A program made the translations under genes and the position numbers. The notes under the pieces were generated by a model. That model saw only the letters and a program-made list of their open reading frames with translations. It ran no database searches and was not told where the DNA came from. A stretch of DNA of 64,000 bases from a virus. The stretch is from positions 13,391 to 77,390 of IMG/VR virus record IMGVR_UViG_3300031772_004865. One strand, 5' to 3'. Within the stretch, counting starts at the first letter, position 1. The number at the start of each line of letters is the position of its first letter. Of this stretch, positions 63,258-64,000 are shown in pieces.

Positions 63258-63484
63258 CTTTATAAGGAGAATAAGAATGATTCTAGGACTATTAACAAAA
63301 GGTATTTTAAGAGAAAAATCAGAAGTTATGGTATCTACTGTAATTGAACTTCCTTTAAATATAGGACTTAATTTATCTGAATCAAATATTAAATTAGAGG
63401 TAGACCGAGAATCTCAAATAGCATTAGAAATCGATAAAGAATTAGATTTAAAATTAGAAGTAGAACCAGAATAAAGGAGATAAT

Positions 63485-63815
63485 ATGATTGAGATTAGAC
63501 GATTAATAAAGGGAGAACAGAAGATTTTAAAGTTAACTTTAACTGATAAAGATACTAAATTGCCTGTTAACCTCACTGGATGTACTTTAGAATTTAAGAT
63601 GCAACTTCAGGGGGGGGGGGGCAAAAATGATTATAAAAACGGACTCCCAATTTGATAAAACTCAAGCAGCATTAGGAATAATTAAATTTACTCTTACTTC
63701 AGACGATTTAGATACTGTAGGTAAGTTTGATTGTCAATTAAAGATAACTTTTCCTAATGGAGAAATAGATAAATCAGAACAATTTAATATTTATGTAGAT
63801 AAATCGATAATTTAA
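63485..63815 (+). pseudogene. BppU-like adaptor gene split by a G12 tract
   Basis: MIEIRRLIKGE...PVNLTGCTLEFKMQLQ, G12 at 63610-63621, then a shifted frame MIIKTD...GIIKFTL..DLDTVGKFDCQLKI; G11 or G14 fuses them. Confidence 0.75.
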
Positions 63816-63825
63816 GGAAAACAAA

Positions 63826-64000
<175 letters not shown>

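Overview
This window is part of an AT-rich (roughly 27% GC by eye) tailed dsDNA bacteriophage genome with two divergent arms. The minus-strand arm (1-44570) runs from small early genes behind near-consensus sigma70 promoters, through a tyrosine recombinase, RuvB-like ATPase, phage sigma factor and XRE regulator, to nucleotide-metabolism, recombination and replication genes. These include an intein-containing family B polymerase, primase-polymerase/helicase, RecA, RuvC, an SbcD-like nuclease and ribosomal protein bS21. The plus-strand arm (46455-64000) encodes fibre/collagen proteins, terminase, portal, protease/scaffold, capsid, neck and tail. A 2 kb non-coding hinge holds iteron-like repeats, perfect hairpins and a large structured RNA candidate. 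About 11 free-standing endonuclease genes are interspersed. Top findings: (1) a complete, non-canonical tRNA-Gly(UCC) cloverleaf with encoded CCA lies in frame inside the 5' coding region of a Mom-like DNA adenine hypermodification gene, suggesting an enzyme that carries its own glycyl-donor RNA; (2) a 480-630 nt multi-helix ncRNA candidate sits behind a duplicated promoter probably read by the phage sigma factor; (3) a G12 tract frameshifts a baseplate adaptor gene (possible phase variation); (4) a family of nucleases has variable Zn-ribbon arrays. All calls come from reading motifs by eye; no searches were run.
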